A stretch of 32,000 bases of DNA from an uncultured Opitutales bacterium (GCA_934660865.1 CAKUIA010000002.1:1-32000), one strand, 5' to 3'. Shown: positions 1 through 8,490, numbered from the stretch's first letter. A program made the numbers and translations. The notes: generated by a model from the letters alone, not told the origin.

Positions 1-262
1 GGGCATTGTAAGAGATTTTTTCTCTTCTTTGCCCTCCTTTTTTTTATCCATTCCACTATCTTTGACGATGAGCGAAATATTTTTATACAATCTGCGCGCT
101 TACTCTTGAATTGTGGCAACAGTATAATGCACATTTTTATTAAACGACAGATGTGTCGCACATGCCTTACAAAAGCTAATTTGAGCAAGACAACAACACC
201 CAGATTGCGAAGAAAGAAAATTATGCCGACGGCGGACGGCTGCGGCTATCTGGTTGCGGGGG

Positions 263-802
263 CTATTCGGAAATTGCGGATATGATGGAGTCGACGTCGG
301 CTAGTCGGCCGATGCCCTCTTTGCCGCAGGCAAGCATTCCGCATTGGGGTTCTATAAAGTTTACGCCCCATTCTTTAAGCGTTTTTATGTTTTTTTGAAC
401 CGCCGGCGAATTATACATATTGCAGTTCATTGCCAACGCCACATATTTTTTTGCGCACGAGGCCATAAAACAAGTAGAAAGAAAATCGGGAGCCAAGCCG
501 TTTGCAAAGTTGCCCAATGTGTTTGCCGAACACGGGGCTACCAAAAATATTTGCGCAAAATCGGCAAGGGATACGTGTTCTACCTCCCATTCGTCGCGGT
601 TTTCCCACATAGAAACGTACACTTTGTTTTTTGAAAGCGTTTGGAATATAAGCGGGCTTACAAGCTTTGCGGCGTTTTCGGTCATCACAACTTTAACGCA
701 CGCCCCCGCCTTTACCAATTTAGAGGTTAAATCGGCGGCCTTGTATACGGCAATAGAGCTGCATACGCCCAACAAAATGTGCTTGTCTTTTAGCGGATTC
801 AC
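263..802 (-). CDS. coaC: Phosphopantothenoylcysteine decarboxylase-type flavoprotein (stand-alone CoaC-like, 179 aa)
   Basis: Only the C-terminal 179 aa of track ORF 263..1432 look like a real protein. HILLGVCSSIAVYKAADLTSKLVKAG and LVAPCSANTLGNFANGLAPDFLST are CoaC/flavoprotein-family motifs. The upstream part of that ORF is antisense to rsmE. No in-frame ATG is available; GTG at 802 gives the expected size. No CoaB domain follows. Confidence 0.72.
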   Translation of the reverse strand: MNPLKDKHILLGVCSSIAVYKAADLTSKLVKAGACVKVVMTENAAKLVSPLIFQTLSKNKVYVSMWENRDEWEVEHVSLADFAQIFLVAPCSANTLGNFANGLAPDFLSTCFMASCAKKYVALAMNCNMYNSPAVQKNIKTLKEWGVNFIEPQCGMLACGKEGIGRLADVDSIISAISE

Positions 803-848
803 GCAAAATATAATTTTACTGAAACTTTGAATAATCAAGCATAAATTT

Positions 849-1592
849 ATGTCGGGAATAAGAGCATACGCCGAAAATTTAGACGGCAATACGATTTCGC
901 TAAACCAGTTCGAAAGCCGCCACCTAATTGCTGCAAGGCGCGCGCGCTGCGGCGACAACGTGTCGGTTTTCGATTTGTCGGGCAGTGCGTATCTTTGCAA
1001 AATAATTTCGGCAAACCCGAAAAAGGCCGAACTTGAAAAAATCGAAAAGCTGCAGCTTTTGCGGAATCCATTTACGGTTGCGCTCGGGCAGGCAATACCC
1101 AAGGGAAAAACTTTCGACGACATTTTAAGGCAAAGCATAGAATCGGGCATAGACGCGCTGTTCCCCATTTTGTCGGAAAATTGCGAGGTAAAAATATCTC
1201 CCGAAAATGCGCAGGACAAGCGGCAAAAATGGCTGGCGCAAATTGTAGAGGCTGTAAAGCAGTCGTCTAACATGGCAAAATTCGATTTGCAAACACCCGC
1301 CTCTTTAAGCGCATTTTTCGAGTATTCAAAAGATTTCGATGTAAAAATCATCGCCAGCCTAGAAAGCGTTGCAAAGCCGATTTTAAACGTCTTAAAGGAA
1401 TCGGTTAAAAGCAGTACGGCAAAAATCGCCATTCTTGTAGGCCCCGAGGGCGACTTTTCGCCAAGCGAATATAAAGAGGCCTACGAGCACGGGTTTTTGC
1501 CCGTAAAGATAGGCAACCAGGTTATGAAAGCCGAAACTGCCGCGTTGGCGGTGTCGAGCTTTTGCGAAAACTACATGCTTGCAATGCAGTAG
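849..1592 (+). CDS. rsmE: 16S rRNA (uracil1498-N3)-methyltransferase RsmE
   Basis: 247 aa with an ATG start. The C-terminal SPOUT signature ILVGPEGDFSPSEY...GNQVMKAETAALAVSS and the overall length are typical of RsmE. Confidence 0.85.
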   Translation: MSGIRAYAENLDGNTISLNQFESRHLIAARRARCGDNVSVFDLSGSAYLCKIISANPKKAELEKIEKLQLLRNPFTVALGQAIPKGKTFDDILRQSIESGIDALFPILSENCEVKISPENAQDKRQKWLAQIVEAVKQSSNMAKFDLQTPASLSAFFEYSKDFDVKIIASLESVAKPILNVLKESVKSSTAKIAILVGPEGDFSPSEYKEAYEHGFLPVKIGNQVMKAETAALAVSSFCENYMLAMQ

Positions 1593-1672
1593 CAAAAATT
1601 AAGAGGCAATTCTTCTTTTAAAAAAAATTTTTTCAAAATAGGCCCTAAAAAACACTGCCTTTATCGGGCAAC

Positions 1673-1712
1673 AAAAAAAGCTTCGAAGTTTTCTCTTCTC
1701 CGAAGCTTTTTT
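1673..1712. terminator. Bidirectional rho-independent terminator between convergent rsmE and aspS
   Basis: The sequence reads aaaaaaaGCTTCG-(15 nt)-CGAAGCtttttt. A 6-bp GC-containing stem (1680-1685 / 1701-1706) is extended by A:T pairs, with an A-run on the left and a T-run on the right. Confidence 0.7.
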
Positions 1713-1732
1713 ATTTTTTATAAGCTTATTTG

Positions 1733-3517
1733 CTATTCGGCGGCATCTACCGAAATGTGCAATTCCTTAAGCTGCTTTTCGGTTGCAAAGCTGGGGCTTT
1801 GCGCCATAAGGTCTTGCCCCTTCTGGGTTTTGGGGAATGCAATAACGTCTCTAATGCTTTGGCGGCCGCAAAGCATTGCAACCATTCTGTCGAGACCCAA
1901 GGCAACGCCGCCGTGCGGGGGCGCGCCGTATTTAAACGCCTTAAGCATGTAGCCGAAGCGGCTTTTAACGGTTTCAGGCGGAATTTTAAGCACGTCTTCA
2001 AACACCTTCTTTTGTAGGTCGGGGTTGTGAATACGTATCGAGCCGCCGCCGAGTTCCACGCCGTTAAGCACAATGTCGTAGTGCTGGCCGCGAACGCGCT
2101 TCGGGTCGGTATCCAAATACTTTATGTCTTCCTCTACGGGAGCCGTAAAGGGGTGGTGCGCCGAAACGTATCTGCCCTGCTCTTCGTCGAACAACATAAG
2201 CGGGAATTCTATTACCCACAGGAAATTGTATTTGTTTTGGGGAATTTCCAGCTTGCCGCGCTTTTGCAAAAGCTTTGCGCTTTCAAGCCTAATTCTGCCC
2301 ATAATTGTGCAGGCCCTTTCCCATTCGCAGGCCGCAAAGAACACCAAGTCGCCGTCTTCTATGTTGAGAATGCGCTTTAAGTCGTCCTGCTCTTGTTGCG
2401 AAAGGAATTTTAATATGGGGCTTTTCCATGCGCCGTTTTCGCTCTTTATATAAGCCAAGCCCTTTGCGCCCAAAGTTTTGGCAATGTCTTCAAGCGATTT
2501 AATTTCGCCCTGGGTGATATCGGACAAGCCTTTTGCATTGAACGCCTTAATTGCGCCGCCGCTTTTTACCACCGAAGAAAATACCTTGAACTGGCTGTCT
2601 TTAAATACGTCGGTCAATTCCTGAATTTCAAGTCCGAAACGCGTATCGGGCTTGTCTATGCCGTATTTGTTCATTGCGTCGAAATACGAAATTCTGGGGA
2701 AAGGCGTGGGAATATCCATATCCAAAACGTCTTTCCAAACCTTCTTTAGCATGCCTTCAATAAGGGCATACATATCTTCGCGTTCCACGAACGACAATTC
2801 GATATCCACCTGAGTAAACTCAAGCTGGCGGTCGGCGCGCAAGTCTTCGTCCCTAAAGCAGCGTGCCAGCTGGTAATAGCGTTCTACACCCGCAACCATA
2901 AGCATTTGCTTATACTGCTGGGGCGACTGGCTTAGCGCATAGAACTGCCCCGGATTTACGCGGCTGGGAACTAAAAATTCCCTTGCGCCTTCGGGCGTGC
3001 TTTTAAACAAAGCGGGGGTTTCTACTTCTATAAATTCCTGACTGTCGAGATAGTCGCGTATAGCCTTTGTAGCCTTGTGCCTTTTCTGCAAAAAGCCCAA
3101 GTTGCGGGGCCTTCTAATGTCCAAATAGCGGTATTGCAAACGCAGGTCTTCGTTTACTTTGTCGGCCTGTTCGTCTCCCATCGGGAAGGGCAAAACTTCG
3201 CAAACATTGTGTATTATAAGCTCTTTTGCGTCTACCTCTATTTCGCCCGTGGCCATATTGTGGTTAACGGTGTCGGCGTCGCGCTTGCACACCGTGCCCG
3301 AAATTTGAATTACGCTTTCGTCTTTTAGCTTTTGGGCCTGTTTGTAAATTTCGTCGTTATCGGGGTGGAATACAATCTGTATAATGCCCGAACGGTCGCG
3401 CAAGTCTACAAACAAAACGCCGCCGTGGTCTCTTACGGTGTCTACCCAACCTATTAGCTTTACCGACTTTCCTTCGTCGGCAAGCCTCAATTCATTGCAT
3501 TTATGCGTTCTTTTCAT
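1733..3517 (-). CDS. aspS: Aspartate--tRNA ligase (bacterial type)
   Basis: 594 aa. It has the N-terminal OB fold (GWVDTVRDHGGVLFVDLRDRSG) and class II motifs (CFRDEDLRADRQ, LGGGSIRIH, GLDRMVAML). Confidence 0.97.
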   Translation of the reverse strand: MKRTHKCNELRLADEGKSVKLIGWVDTVRDHGGVLFVDLRDRSGIIQIVFHPDNDEIYKQAQKLKDESVIQISGTVCKRDADTVNHNMATGEIEVDAKELIIHNVCEVLPFPMGDEQADKVNEDLRLQYRYLDIRRPRNLGFLQKRHKATKAIRDYLDSQEFIEVETPALFKSTPEGAREFLVPSRVNPGQFYALSQSPQQYKQMLMVAGVERYYQLARCFRDEDLRADRQLEFTQVDIELSFVEREDMYALIEGMLKKVWKDVLDMDIPTPFPRISYFDAMNKYGIDKPDTRFGLEIQELTDVFKDSQFKVFSSVVKSGGAIKAFNAKGLSDITQGEIKSLEDIAKTLGAKGLAYIKSENGAWKSPILKFLSQQEQDDLKRILNIEDGDLVFFAACEWERACTIMGRIRLESAKLLQKRGKLEIPQNKYNFLWVIEFPLMLFDEEQGRYVSAHHPFTAPVEEDIKYLDTDPKRVRGQHYDIVLNGVELGGGSIRIHNPDLQKKVFEDVLKIPPETVKSRFGYMLKAFKYGAPPHGGVALGLDRMVAMLCGRQSIRDVIAFPKTQKGQDLMAQSPSFATEKQLKELHISVDAAE

Positions 3518-3544
3518 CTTAGCTTATATAAAATGTTTATCTAT

Positions 3545-3579
3545 AAAAAATCCGCAGGCCGCCTTGTTCGGGGCGGCCT
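3545..3579 (-). terminator. Rho-independent terminator downstream of pfp
   Basis: On the minus strand the sequence is GAGGCCGCC-ccgaacaa-GGCGGCCTgcggaTTTTTT. This is an 8-bp GC stem (3556-3563 / 3572-3579) followed by a T6 run (A-run 3545-3550 on the plus strand). Confidence 0.72.
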
Positions 3580-3591
3580 CGGGTTAAAGGG

Positions 3592-4857
3592 CTATTCTCC
3601 GAAGTTGTAGGCGGGCAGCTTGGGCTCTACCATAACTTTCGAAAGCTTTACAAAATTCGGCAAGCCGTTCTCGTAGGGAACTTGAACTTCGCCCTGAATA
3701 AGGGGCAAAATATACTTGTTGAATTTGTACGAAATCGACATTTTGTCTTCGCCGAGCCAAAGTTCGGGGAACTTCTTTTCAACGTTGGCAACGTCGGAAA
3801 GGGGAATCATTGTTGTCGAGCACGAATACTTTTCGGTATCGCCGCGAACCAACGCAACCATAAGGCCGCTTTGGCCTTCAACTGCAGCCTTAACGGCTTC
3901 CTGACCGCAAAGGAAAGCTTCGTTCGAGTCCGTCAGCGACGAAACCGTGGAAGCCGCCCTCTGAATGTGCCCAAGCTTGGACGAACGCGCCTTTACGCCC
4001 GGCAAAGATGTCGAAACCAAATTTTCGAGATATTCGCCGACACCGCCCAACTGCGAGTGCCCAAAAGCGTCTGTCGAAGTGCTTGCCGCAACATAGTTGC
4101 CGTTTTCGTCTTTTAGACCTTCGCTTACGGCTACCAGGCAGAACTTGTTTTCCTTAAGAACTTCCTGAACGCGGGCTATAAAGTTTTCGGCGTTAAAGGC
4201 AACTTCGGGCAAAAGAACGATATGGGGAGCGTCTTCGGGGTGGTTCTTGCGCTTTGCAATGGCGGCCCCCGCGGTTATCCAGCCCGCGTTTCTGCCCATA
4301 AGCTCTACAATAGATACCAAGTCGTGGTTGCCCATTGCTTCGTGGTCGCACGAAAGTTCGCGGATTGTCGAGGCAATATACTTTACAACGCTGCCGTAGC
4401 CCGGGCAGTGGTCGGTAACGGGCAAGTCGTTGTCGATGGTTTTGGGAATGCCAATTACGCGCATTTTGTGGCCGAATTTTTCGGCCGCAATCGACATTTT
4501 GTTTGCGGTGTCTTGCGAGTCGTTGCCGCCAATATAGAAAAAGTAGCGAATGTTGTGGGCTATGCAAACTTCTATAACCCTTGCGTAGTCTTGTTCCTTC
4601 TTAAGCTTGAAGCGGCATGTACCCAAAGCCGCCCCGGGGGTGTGGCGCAAGCCCCTAATGTTTTGCTGGCTTTCGGCGGCCAAGTCTATAAGCTGTTCGT
4701 TCATTATGCCGGCTATGCCGTTAAGACCGCCGTAGATTTCTTCTATACATTCGTGATTAAGAGCTTCGGTTATAACGCCCGCCAAGCTGGCGTTTATTAC
4801 TGCAGTCGGCCCGCCCGATTGGGCAACCAACACGTTTCCTATAAGTTCTTCTGCCAT
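3592..4857 (-). CDS. pfp: 6-phosphofructokinase family, probably pyrophosphate-dependent (PPi-PFK, 421 aa)
   Basis: PFK motifs VAQSGGPTAVINASL, IGGNDS, IPKTIDNDL and ELMGRNAG are present. Asp in GGxDS and Lys in PKTIDND are the residues associated with PPi rather than ATP use. I moved the start to ATG 4857, which has AAGGAAAG about 10 nt upstream. The track's N-terminal 47 aa look non-coding. Confidence 0.85.
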   Translation of the reverse strand: MAEELIGNVLVAQSGGPTAVINASLAGVITEALNHECIEEIYGGLNGIAGIMNEQLIDLAAESQQNIRGLRHTPGAALGTCRFKLKKEQDYARVIEVCIAHNIRYFFYIGGNDSQDTANKMSIAAEKFGHKMRVIGIPKTIDNDLPVTDHCPGYGSVVKYIASTIRELSCDHEAMGNHDLVSIVELMGRNAGWITAGAAIAKRKNHPEDAPHIVLLPEVAFNAENFIARVQEVLKENKFCLVAVSEGLKDENGNYVAASTSTDAFGHSQLGGVGEYLENLVSTSLPGVKARSSKLGHIQRAASTVSSLTDSNEAFLCGQEAVKAAVEGQSGLMVALVRGDTEKYSCSTTMIPLSDVANVEKKFPELWLGEDKMSISYKFNKYILPLIQGEVQVPYENGLPNFVKLSKVMVEPKLPAYNFGE

Positions 4858-4897
4858 AAAACTAGTCTTTCCTTTATGTTTAAAAATTGTTTTTAGT

Positions 4898-4922
4898 TTG
4901 CCAAAAATACGCCGTTTGGCAA
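4898..4922. promoter_or_regulatory. Perfect 8-bp inverted repeat TTGCCAAA-N9-TTTGGCAA in the pfp/ppgK divergent region (candidate operator)
   Basis: Read directly from the sequence: ttgccaaa (4898-4905), aatacgccg, tttggcaa (4915-4922). It lies 41 nt upstream of the pfp start, between the two divergent genes. Confidence 0.4.
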
Positions 4923-4956
4923 CACTAATATTATCAATTTTACTCCTTTTTTTTTG

Positions 4957-4985
4957 TTGAGAATAGCGCCGATAAATGGAATAAT
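4957..4985 (+). promoter_or_regulatory. Sigma70-like promoter for ppgK (TTGAGA-N17-AATAAT)
   Basis: The -35 TTGAGA is at 4957-4962, followed by a 17-nt spacer and the -10 AATAAT at 4980-4985, 18 nt before ATG 5004. This is a by-eye match only. Confidence 0.4.
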
Positions 4986-5003
4986 ACCCGAAACACAAAA
5001 ATT

Positions 5004-5783
5004 ATGGCTACTATTGCAAAAAACAGGGTTTTAGGCATCGACATTGGCGGCTCGGGGGTAAAGGGCGCCATTGTAGACATAAAAAAAGGCGAATTTGTAG
5101 GCGAAAGGGTTAGAATTCCCACGCCAATTCCCGCCACAAAAGAGGCGCTTGTTGCCGCAATAGGCGAAATAATAAAAACCCTAAACTGGAAGGGCAAAGT
5201 AGGCTGCGGGTTTCCTGGCATTGTAAAAGACCAGGTTATAGAAACCGCCGCAAACTTGGGCGACGACATTTTTAGAGGCACAAACCTTGCCGAGGAAATT
5301 GGCCGCAATTTCGGCAACGACGCCTGGATTATAAACGACGGCGACGCCGCGGGCCTGGCCGAACTTTATTTCGGAGCGGCAAAAGGGCAAATGGGAACGG
5401 TTATAATGCTTACCATAGGCACGGGCATAGGTTCGGCAATATTGTTCGACGGCCACCTTTTGCCGAACAGCGAGCTTGGGCACATAAGGGTTGCCGACCC
5501 GAAGAAAAAGGGCAAGGCAATTTCGGCCGAAAAATTGTACAGCGACGCCGCACGCAAAAAATTCGAATACGGGTGGAAACAATGGGCGGTAAAATTCAAC
5601 GAATATATCGCCTATGTAGAAAGGCTGTTTTCGCCCAACCTTATTGTTTTGGGCGGCGGCGCAGCCTCGAAGGCCGACAAATATTTTAAATACCTGCGCA
5701 GCACCTGCGACATAGCCATTGCAGACCTTGAAAACAAAGCAGGCATTATAGGCGCAGCCTACAGGGCCCACCAAAAGCTTTAG
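5004..5783 (+). CDS. ppgK: Polyphosphate glucokinase (ROK family)
   Basis: 259 aa. The N-terminus VLGIDIGGSGVKGAIVDIKKGEFVGERVRIPTP closely follows the PpgK pattern, and the rest is ROK/actin-ATPase fold (IINDGDAAGLAE, GTGIGSA). Confidence 0.85.
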   Translation: MATIAKNRVLGIDIGGSGVKGAIVDIKKGEFVGERVRIPTPIPATKEALVAAIGEIIKTLNWKGKVGCGFPGIVKDQVIETAANLGDDIFRGTNLAEEIGRNFGNDAWIINDGDAAGLAELYFGAAKGQMGTVIMLTIGTGIGSAILFDGHLLPNSELGHIRVADPKKKGKAISAEKLYSDAARKKFEYGWKQWAVKFNEYIAYVERLFSPNLIVLGGGAASKADKYFKYLRSTCDIAIADLENKAGIIGAAYRAHQKL

Positions 5784-6116
5784 TGCAAAAACCCGGGATT
5801 TGCGCGGCAAATGCTTTGCGCAATGCTATTTGGCATGCGCAAAAACCTAGGCTTGCAAACAAAGCCCTTTTCTTATTGCCGCCTTTTTTCGGAATTTAAA
5901 ATGCCGCAGGCATTGTAAAAATCTCCAAAATTTTTGCCTTATTTTTTATCCGTTCCAGAATATTTTTACGGAAATACGGCGCTTGCGCCCTTCCGATTTA
6001 AGACATGTTATTATCAGGCAAAGCTCCCTTTAAAGCTTTAGCCCTTTGTGCCGATTTAATGGTTGTATGCGGGTGTAGCGCCCGAATTTTTACAACTTTA
6101 CCACAAAGGAATTGCT

Positions 6117-7655
6117 ATGGATAAAATGTTTTGTTTTCAGTGCGAGCAAACCGCTTTCGGCAAAGGCTGCAAAATTAGGGGTGTATGCGGCAAATCTCCC
6201 GAAGTTGCAAATTTGCAGGATATGCTTATAGGGGCAACTATTACGCTTGCAAAAACGGCAAAGCAAAACGGACAAAACACAGACTTAATTATAGAGGCGC
6301 TATTTGCCAGCATAACAAACGTAAATTTTTCGGAAAAATCCGTAAAAGACCTTTTGGGAAAAATCTCCGCAAAAACCGCCGACGAAAGCGCCTTTAATAT
6401 GCACAATATTTGGAATGCCTCCCAAGACGAACGAAGCCTAAAATCGCTTATTCTTTTCGGGCTAAAAGGAATGGCCGCCTACGCGCACCACGCGCGCGTT
6501 TTGGGTTATAAAGACGGGTCTGTAGACGGATTTTTCTACGAGGCGTTAAAAACCGTTGCCGACGAAAGCGACAAAAACGCCCTTTTAAAATGCGTGCTAA
6601 AGACGGGCGAAATAAACCTTAAGTGCATGGAGCTTTTGGACGCCGCAAACACAAAAACCTACGGCGACCCAATACCCACAAAAGTTGAAACTACAATAGA
6701 AAAAGGCCCATTTATAATTGTAAGCGGCCACGATTTGCACGACTTGGAACTTTTACTAAAGCAAAGCGAAAACAGTGGCGTAAATGTATACACCCACGGC
6801 GAAATGCTGCCGTGCCACGCGTATCCGAAGCTAAAAAAATATAAGCACCTAAAGGGCAATTTCGGCACCGCATGGCAAAACCAGCAAAAGGAATTTAACA
6901 GTGTTCCCGCCGCAATTCTATGGACTACAAACTGCATTATGCCCGTAAAAGACTCGTACAAAGACAGGGCGTTTACAACTTCGGTCGTGGAATTTCCCGA
7001 ATGCAGGCACATTGGCGACGACAAAGATTTTAGCCCCGTTATAGAAAAAGCCCTGCAGCTTAAAGGCTACGAGCGCAACACTACAATTTGCGGGATTAAC
7101 GGCGGCACCGTGCTTACTACGGGTTTTGGGCACAATAACGTGCTAAAAAATGCCGAGCTTATTTGCCAAGCCATAAAAGACGGCGATATTAAACACATAT
7201 TCTTGGTGGGCGGCTGCGACGGCGCAAAAACGGGGCGCAACTACTATACCGAATTTGCCGAAAGCGTACCGAAAAACTGCATTATATTGACGTTGGCCTG
7301 CGGCAAATACCGCTTTAACGATATTGATTTCGGCGACATAAAGGGCATTCCGCGGCTTTTGGACATGGGACAATGCAACGACGCATACAGCGCCATTGTT
7401 GTGGCAAGCGCCCTTGCAAAGGCCTTTAAATGCACGGTAAACGACCTGCCCATTTCCTTTGTGCTTTCCTGGTACGAGCAAAAGGCCGTTTGCGTTTTGC
7501 TTACGCTGCTTAGCCTCGGCATAAGGAACATATATCTAGGACCCAGTTTGCCTGCGTTTTTGTCGCCCGAAATACTTAAAATTTTGGCAGACAACTTTGC
7601 GGTAAAACCCATAGGCAACCCGCAAAGCGACCTAAAACAAATGCTGGGCTCGTAA
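6117..7655 (+). CDS. hcp: Hydroxylamine reductase / hybrid-cluster protein
   Basis: The N-terminal Cys cluster MFCFQCEQTAFGKGCKIRGVCGK is present, with later hybrid-cluster motifs (SGHDLHDLE, LACGKYRF, MGQCNDAYSA). I set the start at ATG 6117, which has AAAGGA 6-12 nt upstream. The track start 6063 is a TTG. Confidence 0.92.
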   Translation: MDKMFCFQCEQTAFGKGCKIRGVCGKSPEVANLQDMLIGATITLAKTAKQNGQNTDLIIEALFASITNVNFSEKSVKDLLGKISAKTADESAFNMHNIWNASQDERSLKSLILFGLKGMAAYAHHARVLGYKDGSVDGFFYEALKTVADESDKNALLKCVLKTGEINLKCMELLDAANTKTYGDPIPTKVETTIEKGPFIIVSGHDLHDLELLLKQSENSGVNVYTHGEMLPCHAYPKLKKYKHLKGNFGTAWQNQQKEFNSVPAAILWTTNCIMPVKDSYKDRAFTTSVVEFPECRHIGDDKDFSPVIEKALQLKGYERNTTICGINGGTVLTTGFGHNNVLKNAELICQAIKDGDIKHIFLVGGCDGAKTGRNYYTEFAESVPKNCIILTLACGKYRFNDIDFGDIKGIPRLLDMGQCNDAYSAIVVASALAKAFKCTVNDLPISFVLSWYEQKAVCVLLTLLSLGIRNIYLGPSLPAFLSPEILKILADNFAVKPIGNPQSDLKQMLGS

Positions 7656-7718
7656 ACCGCAAAATCCGCACGCCTTATGCGGTTGACACGCCCGCGCTTT
7701 TTAGGTTGCATTAAAAAA

Positions 7719-8339
7719 ATGTACAACCCATATATAAAGCGCGCGCTGGATTTTTGCGGAGCATTGTTTTTAACGGTGTTGCTTTGCCCCGTTATGCTTT
7801 TTATAGCATGCACAATTTTGATTTTTATGGGACGCCCCGTTGTATTTAGGCAAAAGCGCATAGGCATGGGCGAAAAACCGTTTTACCTGTACAAGTTTAG
7901 AACAATGCTAAACACGCCGCCCATAGGCGAAAACGCCCCCAACGACGAACAACGCCTTACAGCCTTAGGCAGAATTTTGCGCAAAAGCAGCCTAGACGAG
8001 CTTTTGCAGCTGTTTAACGTCTTAAAGGGCGATATGTCATTTGTCGGCCCGCGCCCCCTTTTACCCCGCTATTTGCCGTACTACACAAACGCCGAACGCC
8101 TTAGGCATTCGGTTAAAAGCGGCATTACGGGGCTTGCCCAAACGCGCGGCCGCAACAACCTTTCGTGGGACGAAAAGCTTGCCCTAGACGTTGAATATGC
8201 AAAAAACGTAAGCTTTTTAAACGACTTAAAAATTGCGGCAAAAACCGTATTTTTGGTTTTGCAGTGCAAAAATGTTAAAACCTGCCAAGCCGAAGAATAT
8301 TTAGACGCCCGCCGCAAAAAACAAAATCGGCAAAGCTAG
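7719..8339 (+). CDS. Small phosphoglycosyl transferase (bacterial sugar transferase, PglC-like, 206 aa)
   Basis: The protein is colinear with PglC-type enzymes: MYNPYIKRALDF, one N-terminal hydrophobic helix, YKFRTM, SSLDELLQLFNVLKGDMSFVGPRP, GITGLAQ. ATG 7719 reproduces the usual N-terminus. An alternative ATG lies at 7677. Confidence 0.85.
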   Translation: MYNPYIKRALDFCGALFLTVLLCPVMLFIACTILIFMGRPVVFRQKRIGMGEKPFYLYKFRTMLNTPPIGENAPNDEQRLTALGRILRKSSLDELLQLFNVLKGDMSFVGPRPLLPRYLPYYTNAERLRHSVKSGITGLAQTRGRNNLSWDEKLALDVEYAKNVSFLNDLKIAAKTVFLVLQCKNVKTCQAEEYLDARRKKQNRQS

Positions 8340-8393
8340 GCGGCATTGAACCTTTCCGCAAACAGCGCGCGGCATTTAGACATAAAAAAAGCG

Positions 8394-8470
8394 TGGCGCG
8401 CCCAGCAGGAGTCGAACCTGCAACCATCTGATCCGTAGTCAGAAGCTCAATCCAATTAAGCTATGGGCGC
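8394..8470 (-). tRNA. tRNA-Arg (anticodon ACG), CCA encoded
   Basis: I folded the cloverleaf by hand from the reverse complement: GCGCCCA-UA-GCUU-AAUUGGAUU-GAGC-U-UCUGA-CUACGGA-UCAGA-UGGUU-GCAGG-UUCGACU-CCUGC-UGGGCGC-G-CCA. Confidence 0.93.
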
Positions 8471-8490
8471 CCACGCTGTGTAAAAAAATG

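Noticed and set aside
263-1432. A 389-aa minus-strand ORF spanning both coaC and the antisense of rsmE.
   Set aside because: Only the C-terminal 179 aa have protein-like flavoprotein motifs. The N-terminal 210 aa are low-complexity Ser/Phe/Cys-rich and lie exactly opposite the well-supported rsmE gene. I trimmed the gene to GTG 802.
4222-4896. Long antisense ORFs of 170-274 aa opposite real genes: 4222-4896, 5181-5810, 7244-7867, 10189-11013, 12353-12874, 14128-14784 and 21490-22092.
   Set aside because: Each lies fully inside or across confidently identified genes on the other strand. Their translations are compositionally odd (Arg/Phe/Val/Cys- or Ser/Phe-rich) with no motifs. The simplest explanation is codon usage that depletes stop codons in one antisense frame. 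Overlapping genes could only be shown by ribosome profiling.
3592-4998. N-terminal extensions in the ORF track for pfp, and likewise 6063 (hcp), 7677 (transferase), 9651 (chagasin), 10529 (EamA), 12008 (secreted protein), 26150 (flavodoxin), 27911 (DUF4405), 29863 (adaptor), 20254 (rpoD) and 22467 (small protein).
   Set aside because: The longest-ORF starts add sequence that overlaps the upstream gene, a terminator or a promoter-like element. Several are TTG codons. Internal ATG codons reproduce canonical N-termini or signal peptides and often have an AAGGA-type site.
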